DNA from: an uncultured Methanomassiliicoccales archaeon
Lineage (GTDB): Archaea; Thermoplasmatota; Thermoplasmata; Methanomassiliicoccales; UBA472
Assembly: GCA_963695345.1 (NCBI GenBank)
Contig: OY968769.1
Span: forward strand, 1 to 64,000
Length of the DNA stretch: 64,000 nt
Reading direction: 5' to 3'
The notes beneath the pieces were generated by a model. It was not told the origin of the DNA and did no database searches. It was given only the letters and a program-made list of their open reading frames with translations. Below are positions 42,336 to 53,719 of the stretch, in pieces. How positions within the stretch are numbered: position 1 is the stretch's first letter; each line of letters opens with the position of its first letter. The position numbers were made by a program, and so were the translations under genes.

Positions 42336-43187
42336 TCACTTGCCGGCCTTCACCTTTTCTTCGTTCCCAGTCTGGATGCCTTTAAGTTTCTTTTCCAGCT
42401 CTGTCTTGGCCCGGCGCAGGTCCTCCTCCATGCGTTTGCGGTCGCTGATGTCGGTTATCATCGCCAAAGTACCGATGTGGTTGCGCGAGTTGTCAAGAAT
42501 GCGGCGGGTCGAGACCACCCCCCACAGTGATGTTCCATCCTTCCGCCGGAACTTGAAATCATTGACGATCGCGGGATCTGGATTGTATTCCAGCCCCTTT
42601 TCCTGCTTCTGTCTTCGCCATTCCGGATCGGTGAACGATATCATCCCTTTCCCGATCATTTCTTCCGGAGCATATCCCAGCATCTCCGCCATCTTGTTGT
42701 TCACGAACACGGTGTTTGAATGCTCGTCCATCAGCCATATGCCCTCGTATGCCGTCTCGACCAGCTGGCGGTACTTCTCCTCGCTCTTCCTCAGTTCCTC
42801 TTCCGCCTTCTTGCGCTCTATGGCATAGCGCATCGTCCGGGCCAGGAGAGCGCCGTCGATATTGCCTTTGACCAGATAGTCTTGCGCCCCTACCTGTATG
42901 GCGTTCAGTCCGGTGGTCTCATCGTCCAAACCAGTGAGCACGATCACCGGTACCGAACTGGCCTTGGACAGGAAGGTCCGGACCGTGTCCAGCCCAACGC
43001 TGTCAGGCAGGTTGAGGTCGAGGAGGACGACATCGAAATGCTCGATGGAAAGCATGCTCAGCCCTTCCCCGAGCCTTTCCGCGCGGGCAAATGTCACCGT
43101 GGCGATGTTCTGGTCGGCCAGTTGCGCACGGATAAGACGGACATCACCCGCGTTGTCCTCGATGATAAGAGCTCTTATGGACCCCAT
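42336..43187 (-). CDS. Response regulator REC + PAS
   Basis: LIIEDN, LDLNLPDS, VLTG, GAQDYLVK; PAS/PAC. Confidence 0.92.
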   Translation of the reverse strand: MGSIRALIIEDNAGDVRLIRAQLADQNIATVTFARAERLGEGLSMLSIEHFDVVLLDLNLPDSVGLDTVRTFLSKASSVPVIVLTGLDDETTGLNAIQVGAQDYLVKGNIDGALLARTMRYAIERKKAEEELRKSEEKYRQLVETAYEGIWLMDEHSNTVFVNNKMAEMLGYAPEEMIGKGMISFTDPEWRRQKQEKGLEYNPDPAIVNDFKFRRKDGTSLWGVVSTRRILDNSRNHIGTLAMITDISDRKRMEEDLRRAKTELEKKLKGIQTGNEEKVKAGK

Positions 43188-43275
43188 GAATTTCCTTGCC
43201 CCCCGGTCTGTAAAAGCAGTTGTTGCTTTATAACACTTTCAACCGGGGGTATTGACCCATGTCAAACAGGGACGT

Positions 43276-44082
43276 TTACGCCAGTCGGGCCTGCCTCAGG
43301 TTTGCCATCGACTGCACCAAAGAAAGGGCGGTCTTGGTCTCGACCAGGACCCGGGCGTTCCTCTCCCGGGCGAAGTTCAGCATGGCTGGTATATCGATCT
43401 CCCCGGTCATCAGGACCTGGTGGTCGCTCTTCCCGTCATAGTCGTGCAGGTGCATGTGGGCGATGCGGTCCGCGTGCCTCATCAGGACCGGACGCTCCTG
43501 GTAGCGGACCTTGGCGTCGTGCCCGGTGTCCCAGGTGATCTTGAACCCGTCCAGCTTGGAAAGTTCGTCCAGCGCGTCCGAGACGAAAGGGAGCTGGAAG
43601 TTGCTGGAGTTCTCCGTGCAGACCATGACCCCATTGGACTTACCCAGGTCTATCAGGTAGGACATGGACTCGACCAGCGTCTCCTTGAAGCGGTCACGGT
43701 ACTGGTCGAATATCCAGACCTGGTGGTCGGGGAGGGTGAAATAGACGCCCCGGTTGATGTGGATGTTCAAGAGCTTGGCGCCGGACTCGGCGCACCATTC
43801 CAGCGCTTCCACGCATCTTTGCACATGACCTTTCCGTACGGTGTCATGGAACGAGGCCAGGTCGACCTCGTCGTGGGCATGCATGGTAAATTCGATGCCG
43901 TGGGCCTCCGCTGCCTCCCTTACTTTCTTCGCTGGAAGGTTCTCCGGAAAGCTGTAGGGCATGTTCATGTTCAGCTCGATGAAATCGAATCCCAGGCGTG
44001 AGCATAATGCAACGTTCTCTTCCAGGCTCGAGTACTCGATCAATGCCGGCATGCCCAGGGGCAGCCCCTTTTTCGCAGACAC
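43276..44082 (-). CDS. Sugar phosphate isomerase/epimerase-like TIM barrel
   Basis: GFDFIEL, TEN, WDTGH, HMHLHD, SDH. Confidence 0.85.
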   Translation of the reverse strand: MSAKKGLPLGMPALIEYSSLEENVALCSRLGFDFIELNMNMPYSFPENLPAKKVREAAEAHGIEFTMHAHDEVDLASFHDTVRKGHVQRCVEALEWCAESGAKLLNIHINRGVYFTLPDHQVWIFDQYRDRFKETLVESMSYLIDLGKSNGVMVCTENSSNFQLPFVSDALDELSKLDGFKITWDTGHDAKVRYQERPVLMRHADRIAHMHLHDYDGKSDHQVLMTGEIDIPAMLNFARERNARVLVETKTALSLVQSMANLRQARLA

Positions 44083-44206
44083 GGGACCTGTGATTCTGGA
44101 GCTTGTATTAAAAAATGGGTGACAAACTTACGCCATTTGATTCCATTCATACTCACCGGATTTCAGGAGGTACCAAGTCGGTTTCGGGCGGCGCGGGAAA
44201 AAGGCC

Positions 44207-45454
44207 TCATTCCCTCCGGATCCGCACCGACCGGGCGTGAGCGTGCAGCCCTTCCGCTGTGGCAAGTCCCTCGACGGTATCGCCTAGCCTCTCCAACCCC
44301 CCTCGGTCTATGATCTGGACGGTGGAGGTCTTGCAGAACATGGCGACGTTCAGACCGGAATAGAGCCGGGCGTAGCCAGCGGTCGGCAGGACGTGGTTGG
44401 TGCCGGAGGCATAGTCGCCGCAGGCCACGGCGGTGTAGGGGCCGACGAAGATCGAACCGGCGTTGCGCACGCCCGAAAGGACGCCCATCTGGTCCCTCAC
44501 CTGGATCGACAGGTGCTCCGGGGCGATGTCGTTGATGATGGCGATCGCCTTGTCCATGGAATCGGTGATGACGTAACCGGCGTTCCCCATGGACCTCTCG
44601 ATGATGACTTTCCTCTCTGCTCCGGGCAACGTTCGGTCGATCTCCCTGCCCACCGCCATCGCCAGATCGGTGGATGTGGTGACCAGGATGCAGGCGGCGT
44701 TGGGATCGTGCTCCGCCTGGGCCAGCACATCCGCCGCCACGAACCTCGGATCGGCCGAATCGTCGGCTATGATGGCTACTTCGCTCGGACCGGCCGGGAA
44801 ATCCATCTCCGCCTTGTCCCGCAGCAGCATCTTGGCGGCGGTGACGTAGACATTGCCAGGACCGACGATCTTCTGCACCGGGGCGATGCTCCCGGTCCCC
44901 ATCGCCATGGCGGCGATGGCCTGGGCCCCGCCGATCTGGTATATCTCATCGACTCCGGCGATGTCCATCGCCACCAGCGTCAGCGGGTTCACCGGTGCCG
45001 GGGTGCAGGCGACGACGCTTCGCACGCCTGCCACCTTGGCCGGGATGGCGCACATCAGAGCGGTGCTGGGATATGACGCCCTCCCTCCCGGGACGTATGC
45101 GCCGATCCGGTCCAGGGGCGTGGTCTTGACCCCCAAGGTTACACCTGGCTCCACCTCTTTCAGCCACAGGTCGTTCGGTTTCTGGAGCTCGTGGAAACGG
45201 CGGATGTTGGCCGCGGCATGACGGATAAGCGCTACCAGCTTCGGGTCGACATGATCGTAGGCCGCTTTGATCTCGTCCTTGCCGACCGCCACACTTGAGA
45301 GCTTCACCTTGTCGAACTGTTCGGTGAAAGCGATGAGCGCCCGGTCCCCGTTCCGGCCCACCTCCTCGATGATGCCAGTGACTGCCGGACGTACGTCCTG
45401 GAGACCTGCCTTCCTTTTCTCCATCCACTGACCGGGCTCGAGCGCCTGCCACAT
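44207..45454 (-). CDS. hisD: Histidinol dehydrogenase
   Basis: YVPGG, IGGAQAIAAMA, GPGN, PAGPSE, QAEHD, APEHL, DYASGTNHVLPT. Confidence 0.97.
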   Translation of the reverse strand: MWQALEPGQWMEKRKAGLQDVRPAVTGIIEEVGRNGDRALIAFTEQFDKVKLSSVAVGKDEIKAAYDHVDPKLVALIRHAAANIRRFHELQKPNDLWLKEVEPGVTLGVKTTPLDRIGAYVPGGRASYPSTALMCAIPAKVAGVRSVVACTPAPVNPLTLVAMDIAGVDEIYQIGGAQAIAAMAMGTGSIAPVQKIVGPGNVYVTAAKMLLRDKAEMDFPAGPSEVAIIADDSADPRFVAADVLAQAEHDPNAACILVTTSTDLAMAVGREIDRTLPGAERKVIIERSMGNAGYVITDSMDKAIAIINDIAPEHLSIQVRDQMGVLSGVRNAGSIFVGPYTAVACGDYASGTNHVLPTAGYARLYSGLNVAMFCKTSTVQIIDRGGLERLGDTVEGLATAEGLHAHARSVRIRRE

Positions 45455-45522
45455 GAAGGGGAGATACCTGGACGGGTAAATCTAGGTTTGGGGGGCAGGA
45501 TCGCGACCCGTCCAAGAGAACC

Positions 45523-48500
45523 CTATTTGTTCCTCTCCCTGGGGATCGTAAAGTGGAACGTCGCCCCGTTCCCTTCCTCTGACTCCACCCAGATGCGGCC
45601 CCCATGCCGTTCCACAATCTTCTTTGCGATGGCCAATCCGACTCCGGTCCCCGGGTACCGGTCCTGGGTGTGAAGTCTCTGGAACATCTGGAATATCCTA
45701 TCGGAGTACTCGGTGTTCAGTCCGATGCCGTTGTCCTTGACCGAGAAGGTCCAATCCCTCCCGCTCTGCTTGGCCGTGACCTGGACGATGGGCCTTTCCG
45801 ATCCGCGGAACTTGATAGCATTCCCCACCAGGTTCTGCATCAGCTGGAGCATCTGAGATCCGTCGGCCTTGATGTATGGCAATGGGCCCACGAAGATGTC
45901 CGCCCGGTTCTCCTCGATAGGCACCCTGAGCACCTTCAGGGTATCCTCCAGCACCTCGCCCATGTTGACCGAGGCGAACTCCTTGCCCTTCGTTTCCACC
46001 CTCGAGTATTCCAGCAGGTCGTCTATGAGCTGGCGCATCCTGGCGCCGCCCTCCAGCGCGTTCTCGATGTACTCATGGGCGTTCGTATCCAGTTGGCCCT
46101 TGTACTTTCTCTCCAGCAGGGAAATGTAGCTGACCATCATGCGCAATGGTTCCTGTAGATCATGAGAGGACAGATAGGCGAACTGCTGCAGGTCCGCGTT
46201 GGAGCGGATGAGGTTCTCCTCGATCCTCTTCTGGTCGGTTACGTTTATGTTCACGCCGACCCAACCCAGGATCTTGTTTCCATCGTCCCTTATGGGGGCC
46301 CCTCTGGACAGGACGTAGTGATCTTGACCGTCCTTACCGATAATGTGGTGCGTGCGGTTCCAGAACTCACCGGTCTTGACACACTTTTCCCATTCGGATA
46401 CTGTTTGATCAACCGTATCCTGGTCCAGGGTGTCTAGCCATCCGAGCCTAAGGACCTCCTCTTCGCTCTTGCCCACAAGCTCGCAGAAAGAAGGGCTGAC
46501 GTAGGTGGCCAGACCCCGTGCGTCCGCCGTCCATATGCCGAATGGAATCAGCTCGCCGATGCTCCGGTACGTCTTCTCACTCTTCTTGAGCTCTTCCTCC
46601 GCCTTCTTCCGTTCGGTGATGTCCCTGCTCACTCCCACCAGGTATACCGGTTTTCCCTGATCGTCGCGTACCAGTTTACGCCTGTCGCTGAACCACCGGT
46701 ACTCCCCGCTCTTGACCTTCCACCGGTATTCGACCGGTTCGTTCCATTCCTCCCCTGCGGCGATCCTGCGCTGGTGGGCGACGGACGCTTCGCGGTCGTC
46801 CGGATGCACCCGTTCATATGTTTCTTCAGCGGAGATCCCCTGCAATTCCTTGGCGTCGAATCCAGTGAGCTTCATCTGGGCAGGGCTGAGGAACACATAG
46901 CGACCGGTGGTCAGATCGAGCATATTGATGCCGTCCAAAGAGTTCTCCAGCACCGTCCGGAAGTTATGCTCAGTATCTCTCAGTGCCTCTTCCATCCTTC
47001 TCCGGTCTGTGATGTCGATCCCCGTGACGATGACATTGTCTTTACCGAGCGGTGCAAATGTGACGAGGTAATCACGACCGTTTCCTTCATTGTGTATCTC
47101 CTCGGTCACCGGCTTTCCTTCGGCCTTCATCCACCGGACGTCGTTTAGACCGATTGCCGTCATCTGAGTGGCTGTTGCCTTATTGCTCGCTGCCAGTCTC
47201 GCCTCGTCTAGGGAACTGACACCCATCACCTTGAGGGCGGCGGGATTTGCATCGACAAGAATTGCGTCCGCGATATCCCCTTTTTCATCGTAGATGAGCT
47301 GTCGCAGGATTACCGACTCCTGAAGGTTCTCGATCAGACTGCGATATTTGGCTTCGCTTTCAATAAGAGCGATCTCCGCCAGCTTACGTTCGGTTATGTC
47401 CTCGGACGTGGATACAAAATATCCCTTTTGCGGAGAATACACGGAATAATGAAACCATTTCTTCTCTAATTGGGAGAATACCTCGAAGTCGGCCTGTTCC
47501 ATTTCCTGGGCAACCTTGCCGAACCTGCCTATGAGGTCCATCGGATCGTTCTCGATCCCAGGAAGCACCTGGGTCGCCTTCTTTCCAATGATCTCCCCCT
47601 TCGTGATCGTGAGACCATGGTTCTTTTCGAAAGCCAGGTTTACATCGAGATAGGTGTAGTCGACCGGTTTTCCTATCTCGTCCGTGATGACCTTACAATA
47701 GGTAAAGCCGTTCAACATCTTATCGAATAGGGTGGCTATCTGTTCACGGTCATTTCGGAAAGCGTCCGCCCATCGTTTCGAGACACCAGAATCCGCCTTC
47801 TGCCCGGAACTCCGGTCGAGGACCGCCAGGATGAAGAAAAGACCGGAAAAGTACAGTCCCAGTCTTCCTAACCAGTTCATCGGATCCCCGATATTGACCG
47901 TGAATACAAGGCCGATCAACGATACTGCGAATGAAATGATCCCAAGCGAATACCAGTATAATAACGATGATCTGGATCTGATGTAGGCCCAGCCGAACAA
48001 GCCGCAAGCTACCGCCAGAAGCGCCCCGGATGACGCCAATACTATCTGACGCCATACGGTCGACACTCCATCGGTGAAGAACACCGGAAGCACGCCGAAA
48101 AGGGCTGCTGTAATCACACCTACCATCAGGATGATTACAATGGGAATTGATACGCCGAGGATCAACTTTCTGGAAACATCGGACGGCAATCTTTCTCGAG
48201 GGATGAATAACAGGATCGCACTGATGAACAGAATGAATGAGGAAATCAGTATGCCCATGTTCCCGATGGTGACCGCCTGATTGACTGTGAAGGCCAAACC
48301 TGAGGAGGGGGTGATCGAATATTGGGCGATCATAAGCATCGTGCCGCTGGCCATGGGGGCGATGCCGACGAGCAGCGTGTTCAGGGAACCGAACAGCAAG
48401 TATGCCCTTGCCGAGACAATAGCCAGCAGGATACCAACACAGAATACGAAGACGATCTGCAGGATCAGTGCCAGATAAGGAGGGTCAAAAACCGGTCCCC

Positions 48501-48600
48501 GGAAATCAATAAGCGCCAATAGCCCCGCCAGGACGGCGATGACCGCAACTGGGACGAAACCGGCCATTTTCAATCGCTTCTGCGACCCGGGGCTGTCCAT
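45523..48600 (-). CDS. Membrane (MASE-type) multi-PAS histidine kinase
   Basis: About 8 TM N-terminus, 4 [33 protein letters not shown]. Confidence 0.95.
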   Translation of the reverse strand: MDSPGSQKRLKMAGFVPVAVIAVLAGLLALIDFRGPVFDPPYLALILQIVFVFCVGILLAIVSARAYLLFGSLNTLLVGIAPMASGTMLMIAQYSITPSSGLAFTVNQAVTIGNMGILISSFILFISAILLFIPRERLPSDVSRKLILGVSIPIVIILMVGVITAALFGVLPVFFTDGVSTVWRQIVLASSGALLAVACGLFGWAYIRSRSSLLYWYSLGIISFAVSLIGLVFTVNIGDPMNWLGRLGLYFSGLFFILAVLDRSSGQKADSGVSKRWADAFRNDREQIATLFDKMLNGFTYCKVITDEIGKPVDYTYLDVNLAFEKNHGLTITKGEIIGKKATQVLPGIENDPMDLIGRFGKVAQEMEQADFEVFSQLEKKWFHYSVYSPQKGYFVSTSEDITERKLAEIALIESEAKYRSLIENLQESVILRQLIYDEKGDIADAILVDANPAALKVMGVSSLDEARLAASNKATATQMTAIGLNDVRWMKAEGKPVTEEIHNEGNGRDYLVTFAPLGKDNVIVTGIDITDRRRMEEALRDTEHNFRTVLENSLDGINMLDLTTGRYVFLSPAQMKLTGFDAKELQGISAEETYERVHPDDREASVAHQRRIAAGEEWNEPVEYRWKVKSGEYRWFSDRRKLVRDDQGKPVYLVGVSRDITERKKAEEELKKSEKTYRSIGELIPFGIWTADARGLATYVSPSFCELVGKSEEEVLRLGWLDTLDQDTVDQTVSEWEKCVKTGEFWNRTHHIIGKDGQDHYVLSRGAPIRDDGNKILGWVGVNINVTDQKRIEENLIRSNADLQQFAYLSSHDLQEPLRMMVSYISLLERKYKGQLDTNAHEYIENALEGGARMRQLIDDLLEYSRVETKGKEFASVNMGEVLEDTLKVLRVPIEENRADIFVGPLPYIKADGSQMLQLMQNLVGNAIKFRGSERPIVQVTAKQSGRDWTFSVKDNGIGLNTEYSDRIFQMFQRLHTQDRYPGTGVGLAIAKKIVERHGGRIWVESEEGNGATFHFTIPRERNK

Positions 48601-49176
48601 TGGGTTCCTCTTTCACTTAATTTGTCATAATCGGTTATCGATCATTTATCTATTGAATGGGATATGAAATCCTCGATGCCGTCAGGGAGATCGGATCCTG
48701 TGCGATGTCAAATCCCAGCCGTTCAATATTGAACACGGAGCTACCTATAACCTTGCCTTATTGGGTCCGTGAGATGGTTGTATCGCGGACGGGCAACGGT
48801 GAGAATGAAACAGGAATCGTCAGTTCATGGGTCAATTCGGTGCCTGCCCATGCATTGAAGGCATAAGACAACAGGACCCTTCACATATCAAGAGTCCAAA
48901 AGGTATGAACCCGAGGACTGGCCTGCGTTTGGAGTCTGATCGTCGAATTCCAAAACATTGTCCTTGGCTGGAGCGCCTGGGTATTTTTGCAGTAGCAGTC
49001 TGGATGAGAGAATACCAATCCTGCAGATAGACCACTAAGTCGCCCAATCCGTTGACTTGTTCCGTGCCGGAAACCACAGATATCCGTCGATCGCCGGGAG
49101 GACGGAATCGATGCTCTGAACCCTATCCGTGTGGCCAGATGAGCCTCGTTTTCAGCCTTCCCGCGTCAAAGTGAGC

Positions 49177-49956
49177 TTATCCAGAACCATTTCCACCCGG
49201 AGCTTCCTTCGTCTCGCCCCCGGTAAGGATGGGCACCTTCACATAGTATCGTCTATCCTTTGTCCCGGTAACTGTCTGGGTCGGCGCCACCATTTTGAAC
49301 TGGAAAGCCGGACCCAACTCCTTGGCCCTGGCCCATTCACTGAGGAAATCGGCCGCTCCCCTCGCGTTCATCTCAACCGCCATCAGAAGCATGTCCATCG
49401 ACTCGTCGTCGGGAATCCTCTCCTCAACATTCGGGTCATCGATATCGAAAAACAGCATCTCCCTGACCAGTCCGGGAATGTCCTTGCCACTTCGGGAGAG
49501 TATGTCCTTGAAGCGGGAGAAATCGATGTCCGATGGTTCCCTGCCCAGCATTTTCTTGACCGACTGGAAAAGCGCCTCGGATTTGCCGGCCTCCCGTAGA
49601 ATCTCATCGACCGCTTCGGCGCTGGTCATCCCGGTGCTCGAATAGTAATCGACAACCTTGACCATGGGGTCTCTGGCCGTCACTGCCCGTTCGCAATCCT
49701 TGAGCAGCCTCATGAGCGTTCCGAGCTCGCTGACGCCCATCAGGAGGTTTGCGTATCTAAGCCTCCGTTTCCCGGCGTACTCCGTTTGCACCGACAATGC
49801 CTTGTAGGCGTTCACATACTCGATAACATGGCCTGCCAATTCAAGCGCCTTGAGATGGGCGGTGTCGACCTTAAGCTCGAGATCGTCCTTGACTCGGGAC
49901 ATTAGGGTTCGCATGGGTCGAGAGGTCATTAATCTTTTGTCATGGTCGAAAGGCAC
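49177..49956 (-). CDS. Hypothetical protein
   Basis: 259-aa ORF with natural composition, no motif recognised. Confidence 0.65.
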   Translation of the reverse strand: MPFDHDKRLMTSRPMRTLMSRVKDDLELKVDTAHLKALELAGHVIEYVNAYKALSVQTEYAGKRRLRYANLLMGVSELGTLMRLLKDCERAVTARDPMVKVVDYYSSTGMTSAEAVDEILREAGKSEALFQSVKKMLGREPSDIDFSRFKDILSRSGKDIPGLVREMLFFDIDDPNVEERIPDDESMDMLLMAVEMNARGAADFLSEWARAKELGPAFQFKMVAPTQTVTGTKDRRYYVKVPILTGGETKEAPGGNGSG

Positions 49957-50303
49957 TTAACATGCCATAATGATGTTCCGATCGACACGTTTTCCTGTCA
50001 ATTGGCATTCATATTCCAAAAGTAAAGGGGCGTTCAATAGTTAACAGGCCGAAAAATATCGACAACCGATAATGTAACTATCAATTGTGATAGAGGTAAC
50101 TTTCATCATTATATACGCTAAACGACACAACACACATTGCGGTTCGCCGGGAAGCGAATCAGGGTCAGGACTTATCACAAAATGACCCGGGGAAATGTCC
50201 GTAGAGCGGACAGGTTGGAGATAATCGATGAAAGATGAATTAGCGTTAGCCATTGCCTTTGATCTGAACATGAACGACGTTGGTTCCAGAGGGGGTGCGC
50301 CTG

Positions 50304-52610
50304 ATGGAGTCTAGCGCGGGGATAACCAATGCCTTCCCAGAAAGCTCAGGGAGCGATTTCGCCGAGAACATCATCCGGACGCTGCCCATCCCCATGATAC
50401 AAGTTGACCGGTCCAACGTCATCATCTACATGAACCCGGCCGCCCTGCGAATGGCTGGGAAGAGCGAGGACCAGGTCCTGGGCCGCAAGTGCCGGGACGT
50501 GATGGGACCGCTGTGCAAGAAGGCCGATTGCATGTCCGAACGGTCGATCCGGGAAGGCGCGACGGTCTCGGAGGAGATGGCATTCAGTCTTGCCGGCAAG
50601 GATCATATCTACAATGTTCTGTCCGTCCCGATCACCTCGTCAGAGGGTAAGAACCAGGGCGCCGTCGAGCATTTCACCGATATGAACCAGGAGATGGAGA
50701 TCGTCAAGGACGCGGTGGCGATCAAGGATGCCGCGAACCGAGGTGATCTTTCCATAAGATGCGACCTTTCGAAATATGAAGGGGTCTGCAAACAGGTGGC
50801 AGATAGCTTCAACGCCACGATGGAATCGGTCCTGCGGCCTCTCAATATCGCCATCGAGGTGTTCAGGAAGCTGGCGGAAGGTGCCTCCCCGGGCGCGATC
50901 GAGGAAGATTGGGAAGCCGACCTCAAGAAGCTGAAGGACTGCATCAACACCGTCAGGAACACCATCTCGGCGAGGTCCAAGGACATCGAGATGCTGATCG
51001 GTGCCGCGGATGAGGGAAAACTGTCCCTCCGCGCGGACATCTCCAAGTACAGTGGGTACAACGGGACCCAGGTAGGCGGTATCAACCGGATGCTGGATAA
51101 GATGGTATACCAGATGGACTTCGCCATCAACTCCTTCGATGCCTTGGCCAAGGGAGAGACACCGAAGAGGATAGAGGATACCTGGAAGGGGGATTATGAA
51201 AAGCTCAGGTCCGCAATCAACATGGTGGCGGGAAACGTGGCAATGAGGTCCAAGGACATCGACATGCTCATCAAGGCGGTGCATGAGGGAGATCTGAGCG
51301 TAAGGGCCGACGCCAGCAAGTACGTCGGATACAATGGAAAACAGATCGAGGGGCTGAACGCCATTCTCGAGAACATGCGCCAGCCATTGGTGGAATCGAT
51401 CCGGTTGGCCGAGGCTTATGCAAGTGGAGACCTTACTGCCCGGACAGAGTTGGACTCGAAGGGCGATTTCCAGAAACTGGCATTGGCATTGGACAATGTC
51501 GGCCAGAACCTTATGGGATTGGTCGGAGAGGTCAGGAGGGCGGTTGATGTCGTTTCCTCCACCTCTCAAGAACTGGCATCCTCCTCTGAGGAGATGAACG
51601 CCAGCACGGAGCAGGTCTCATCGGCCATCCAGCAGATAAGCAAGGGAGCGCAGGCACAGTCCATCAAGGTCGATGACTCGGCACGCTCCATGAAATTGAT
51701 CGCCCGATCGGTAGAGGATGCCAACAGACAGATGGAGAAGGCCTCCGGATTGGCCAAGGGGGCCACCGACAAAGCATCCGCGGGTATGATCATAGTGGAC
51801 GGAACGGTTGCCAAGATGGAGATCATCCAGAAGGTGGTATCGGAAAGTGCCGGGGCGATCGAAAGGCTGGGTAAGAGGTCCGAAGAGATCGGGGAGATCG
51901 TCGATGTGATCACCACGATCTCGGAACAGACCAACCTGCTCGCGCTCAACGCCGCCATCGAAGCGGCGAGGGCTGGAGACCAGGGAAGAGGGTTTGCCGT
52001 CGTCGCTGAGGAAGTGAAGAACCTGGCCGAGGATTCCAGGGAAGCGGCCGAGCGCATTGCCAAGATGATCCGGGAGGTGCAGAACGACACCACCAAGGCG
52101 GTCGATGCCATGAAGCGCGGCACATCGGAGACCGCTGAAGGCATGATCCATGTGGCGCAGACCGGCAGCGCCTTCAAAGAGATCCTGGACATCACCAACC
52201 ATTTCGTCGGGTCCATGGATGCGCTCACCAAGCATATGGCGAGCCAGAGCCAGGACGCCGTCCTTGCCGCAAAGGCGGTGGAGAGCATCGCCAGCATATC
52301 CGATGAGACGGCATCCGCGAGCGAGGAGTCGGCGGCATCGACCGAGGAACTGACGGCGAGCATGCAGGACCTGACCGCACGGGCCCAAACACTGGCGGAA
52401 ATGGCGACCAACATGCATGTGTCGGTTTCCCAGTTCATCATTGACGATGCGAATGAGAAATCGGCACCGGCAAAGCAGTCATCGGCGTCAGGCAAGCCGG
52501 TGGTAGGCTCGGGCCGGTCAAAGGAACCGGCCGGAACCAAGGTGCCGGACAAGGTCAAGATGGCCTTGGACCGCAGAGGGGTTGGAGGAGTAGCCAAGGG
52601 AAAAGCGTGA
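50304..52610 (+). CDS. Soluble PAS-HAMP methyl-accepting chemotaxis protein
   Basis: [38 protein letters not shown] hairpin; N-terminal PAS and repeated HAMP-like units; no TM. Confidence 0.95.
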   Translation: MESSAGITNAFPESSGSDFAENIIRTLPIPMIQVDRSNVIIYMNPAALRMAGKSEDQVLGRKCRDVMGPLCKKADCMSERSIREGATVSEEMAFSLAGKDHIYNVLSVPITSSEGKNQGAVEHFTDMNQEMEIVKDAVAIKDAANRGDLSIRCDLSKYEGVCKQVADSFNATMESVLRPLNIAIEVFRKLAEGASPGAIEEDWEADLKKLKDCINTVRNTISARSKDIEMLIGAADEGKLSLRADISKYSGYNGTQVGGINRMLDKMVYQMDFAINSFDALAKGETPKRIEDTWKGDYEKLRSAINMVAGNVAMRSKDIDMLIKAVHEGDLSVRADASKYVGYNGKQIEGLNAILENMRQPLVESIRLAEAYASGDLTARTELDSKGDFQKLALALDNVGQNLMGLVGEVRRAVDVVSSTSQELASSSEEMNASTEQVSSAIQQISKGAQAQSIKVDDSARSMKLIARSVEDANRQMEKASGLAKGATDKASAGMIIVDGTVAKMEIIQKVVSESAGAIERLGKRSEEIGEIVDVITTISEQTNLLALNAAIEAARAGDQGRGFAVVAEEVKNLAEDSREAAERIAKMIREVQNDTTKAVDAMKRGTSETAEGMIHVAQTGSAFKEILDITNHFVGSMDALTKHMASQSQDAVLAAKAVESIASISDETASASEESAASTEELTASMQDLTARAQTLAEMATNMHVSVSQFIIDDANEKSAPAKQSSASGKPVVGSGRSKEPAGTKVPDKVKMALDRRGVGGVAKGKA

Positions 52611-52621
52611 TACCAGTCTGA

Positions 52622-52650
52622 GACGGAAAGGGGGAACACGCCTTTCCGTC
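52622..52650 (+). terminator. Stem-loop downstream of the MCP gene
   Basis: gacggaaagg-gggaacacg-cctttccgtc, perfect 10-bp stem. Confidence 0.55.
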
Positions 52651-52821
52651 CCAGGCCAACGGTGGGCAGTATCGGATCAACCACCCGTCATCGATCCATC
52701 GCTTATTTCGTGCCGTGAGGATGATTCCGATGACGGGCGCCATTCATCCGCCCATCCTTTTTTCCGATGCGAGGTAACAATTAATTCATGCTAAACATTG
52801 GATGCTAAAATTAATCGCAAC

Positions 52822-53328
52822 ATGAAAACATACTGGGCAGCCATCATTCCGAACGTTCTAGGAGCGATCATGGCCGCCGCTCCCTGGACCTTCGCACCGA
52901 TATGCGAGCGGCAGAACATGTGAGTCATGACAGCGGCGGGCAAGCAATTGCCGATGTCCAGCGGATGCACCGCGAGAGCAGAGATGGGCGTGGGATTTAT
53001 GATCATCTTCAGCGGCGCCGCCTTGATGTTCGTCAAGACGGTAAACCCAATGAGAGCGGTTGGCGCGTTCACCGGAGCCCTTGGCGTCCTCGCCATCGCC
53101 TTACCCGCCTACATGACCGGGATGTGCGCCGTCGCCTCCCACTCCTGCAGGACGACCACTGAGCCGACCCTCATATTGACAGGTCTGGCGACGGTAGCGG
53201 TAGGCGTCGGAAAGGTGCTGATCAGACAGAAATGGAAAACTGATCTCAGATGCGCTTCCGGTATTCGTTCAGGAGCGCCTCTGAGTATTCCTTCTCTGCT
53301 TTCGGAGGAACATAGTCACGCTCCTTAA
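52822..53328 (+). pseudogene. DUF4418-like membrane protein with in-frame TGA at 52921
   Basis: MKTYWAAI...APWTFAPICERQNM*VMTAAGKQLPM..TARAE..TGMC..HSC..TEP, all in one frame. Confidence 0.75.
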
Positions 53329-53512
53329 TTCGATTCAGAAGTTCACGCTGGATCTCGGTGTCGCCTTCCAAGTTCAATGACAGGACCTCGTTCATCACGT
53401 CGTCAAGGCACGAAATGCCCACGTCCTTACCTCCAACGCTCAGCGTGGCGGTCTCATTGACCGGATACTCAAGCTGGTCGCCGCAACGATGACACTCCTT
53501 TTTCTCTGGCAT
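53246..53512 (-). CDS. Small conserved hypothetical protein (CxxC; VGI..LD....YVP...E.EY motif)
   Basis: AGGAG RBS; motif familiar from methanogen hypotheticals. Confidence 0.75.
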   Translation of the reverse strand: MPEKKECHRCGDQLEYPVNETATLSVGGKDVGISCLDDVMNEVLSLNLEGDTEIQRELLNRIKERDYVPPKAEKEYSEALLNEYRKRI

Positions 53513-53719
53513 CTGCACAACTCCTGCATACGAGTTGTTTGGATGTAGTTAAAATGCTTTTCTTATCTTGCACGCCTGGATGCGAAATAACGACGTAGCC
53601 TAGGAACAAATCGCAAAGTGATGATCGCGGATGCAACTGGCCTTAGTTACGGAAGAACAGTTTTCGTAATGGATTTGCCAAGGCATCATAAGTGGAGGCC
53701 AACCAAAAGAAGTTCTAGG

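Noticed and set aside
48600-49176. Long intergenic region as ncRNA or cobalamin riboswitch
   Set aside because: No convincing conserved boxes or stable fold recognised, and the short ORFs lack motifs.
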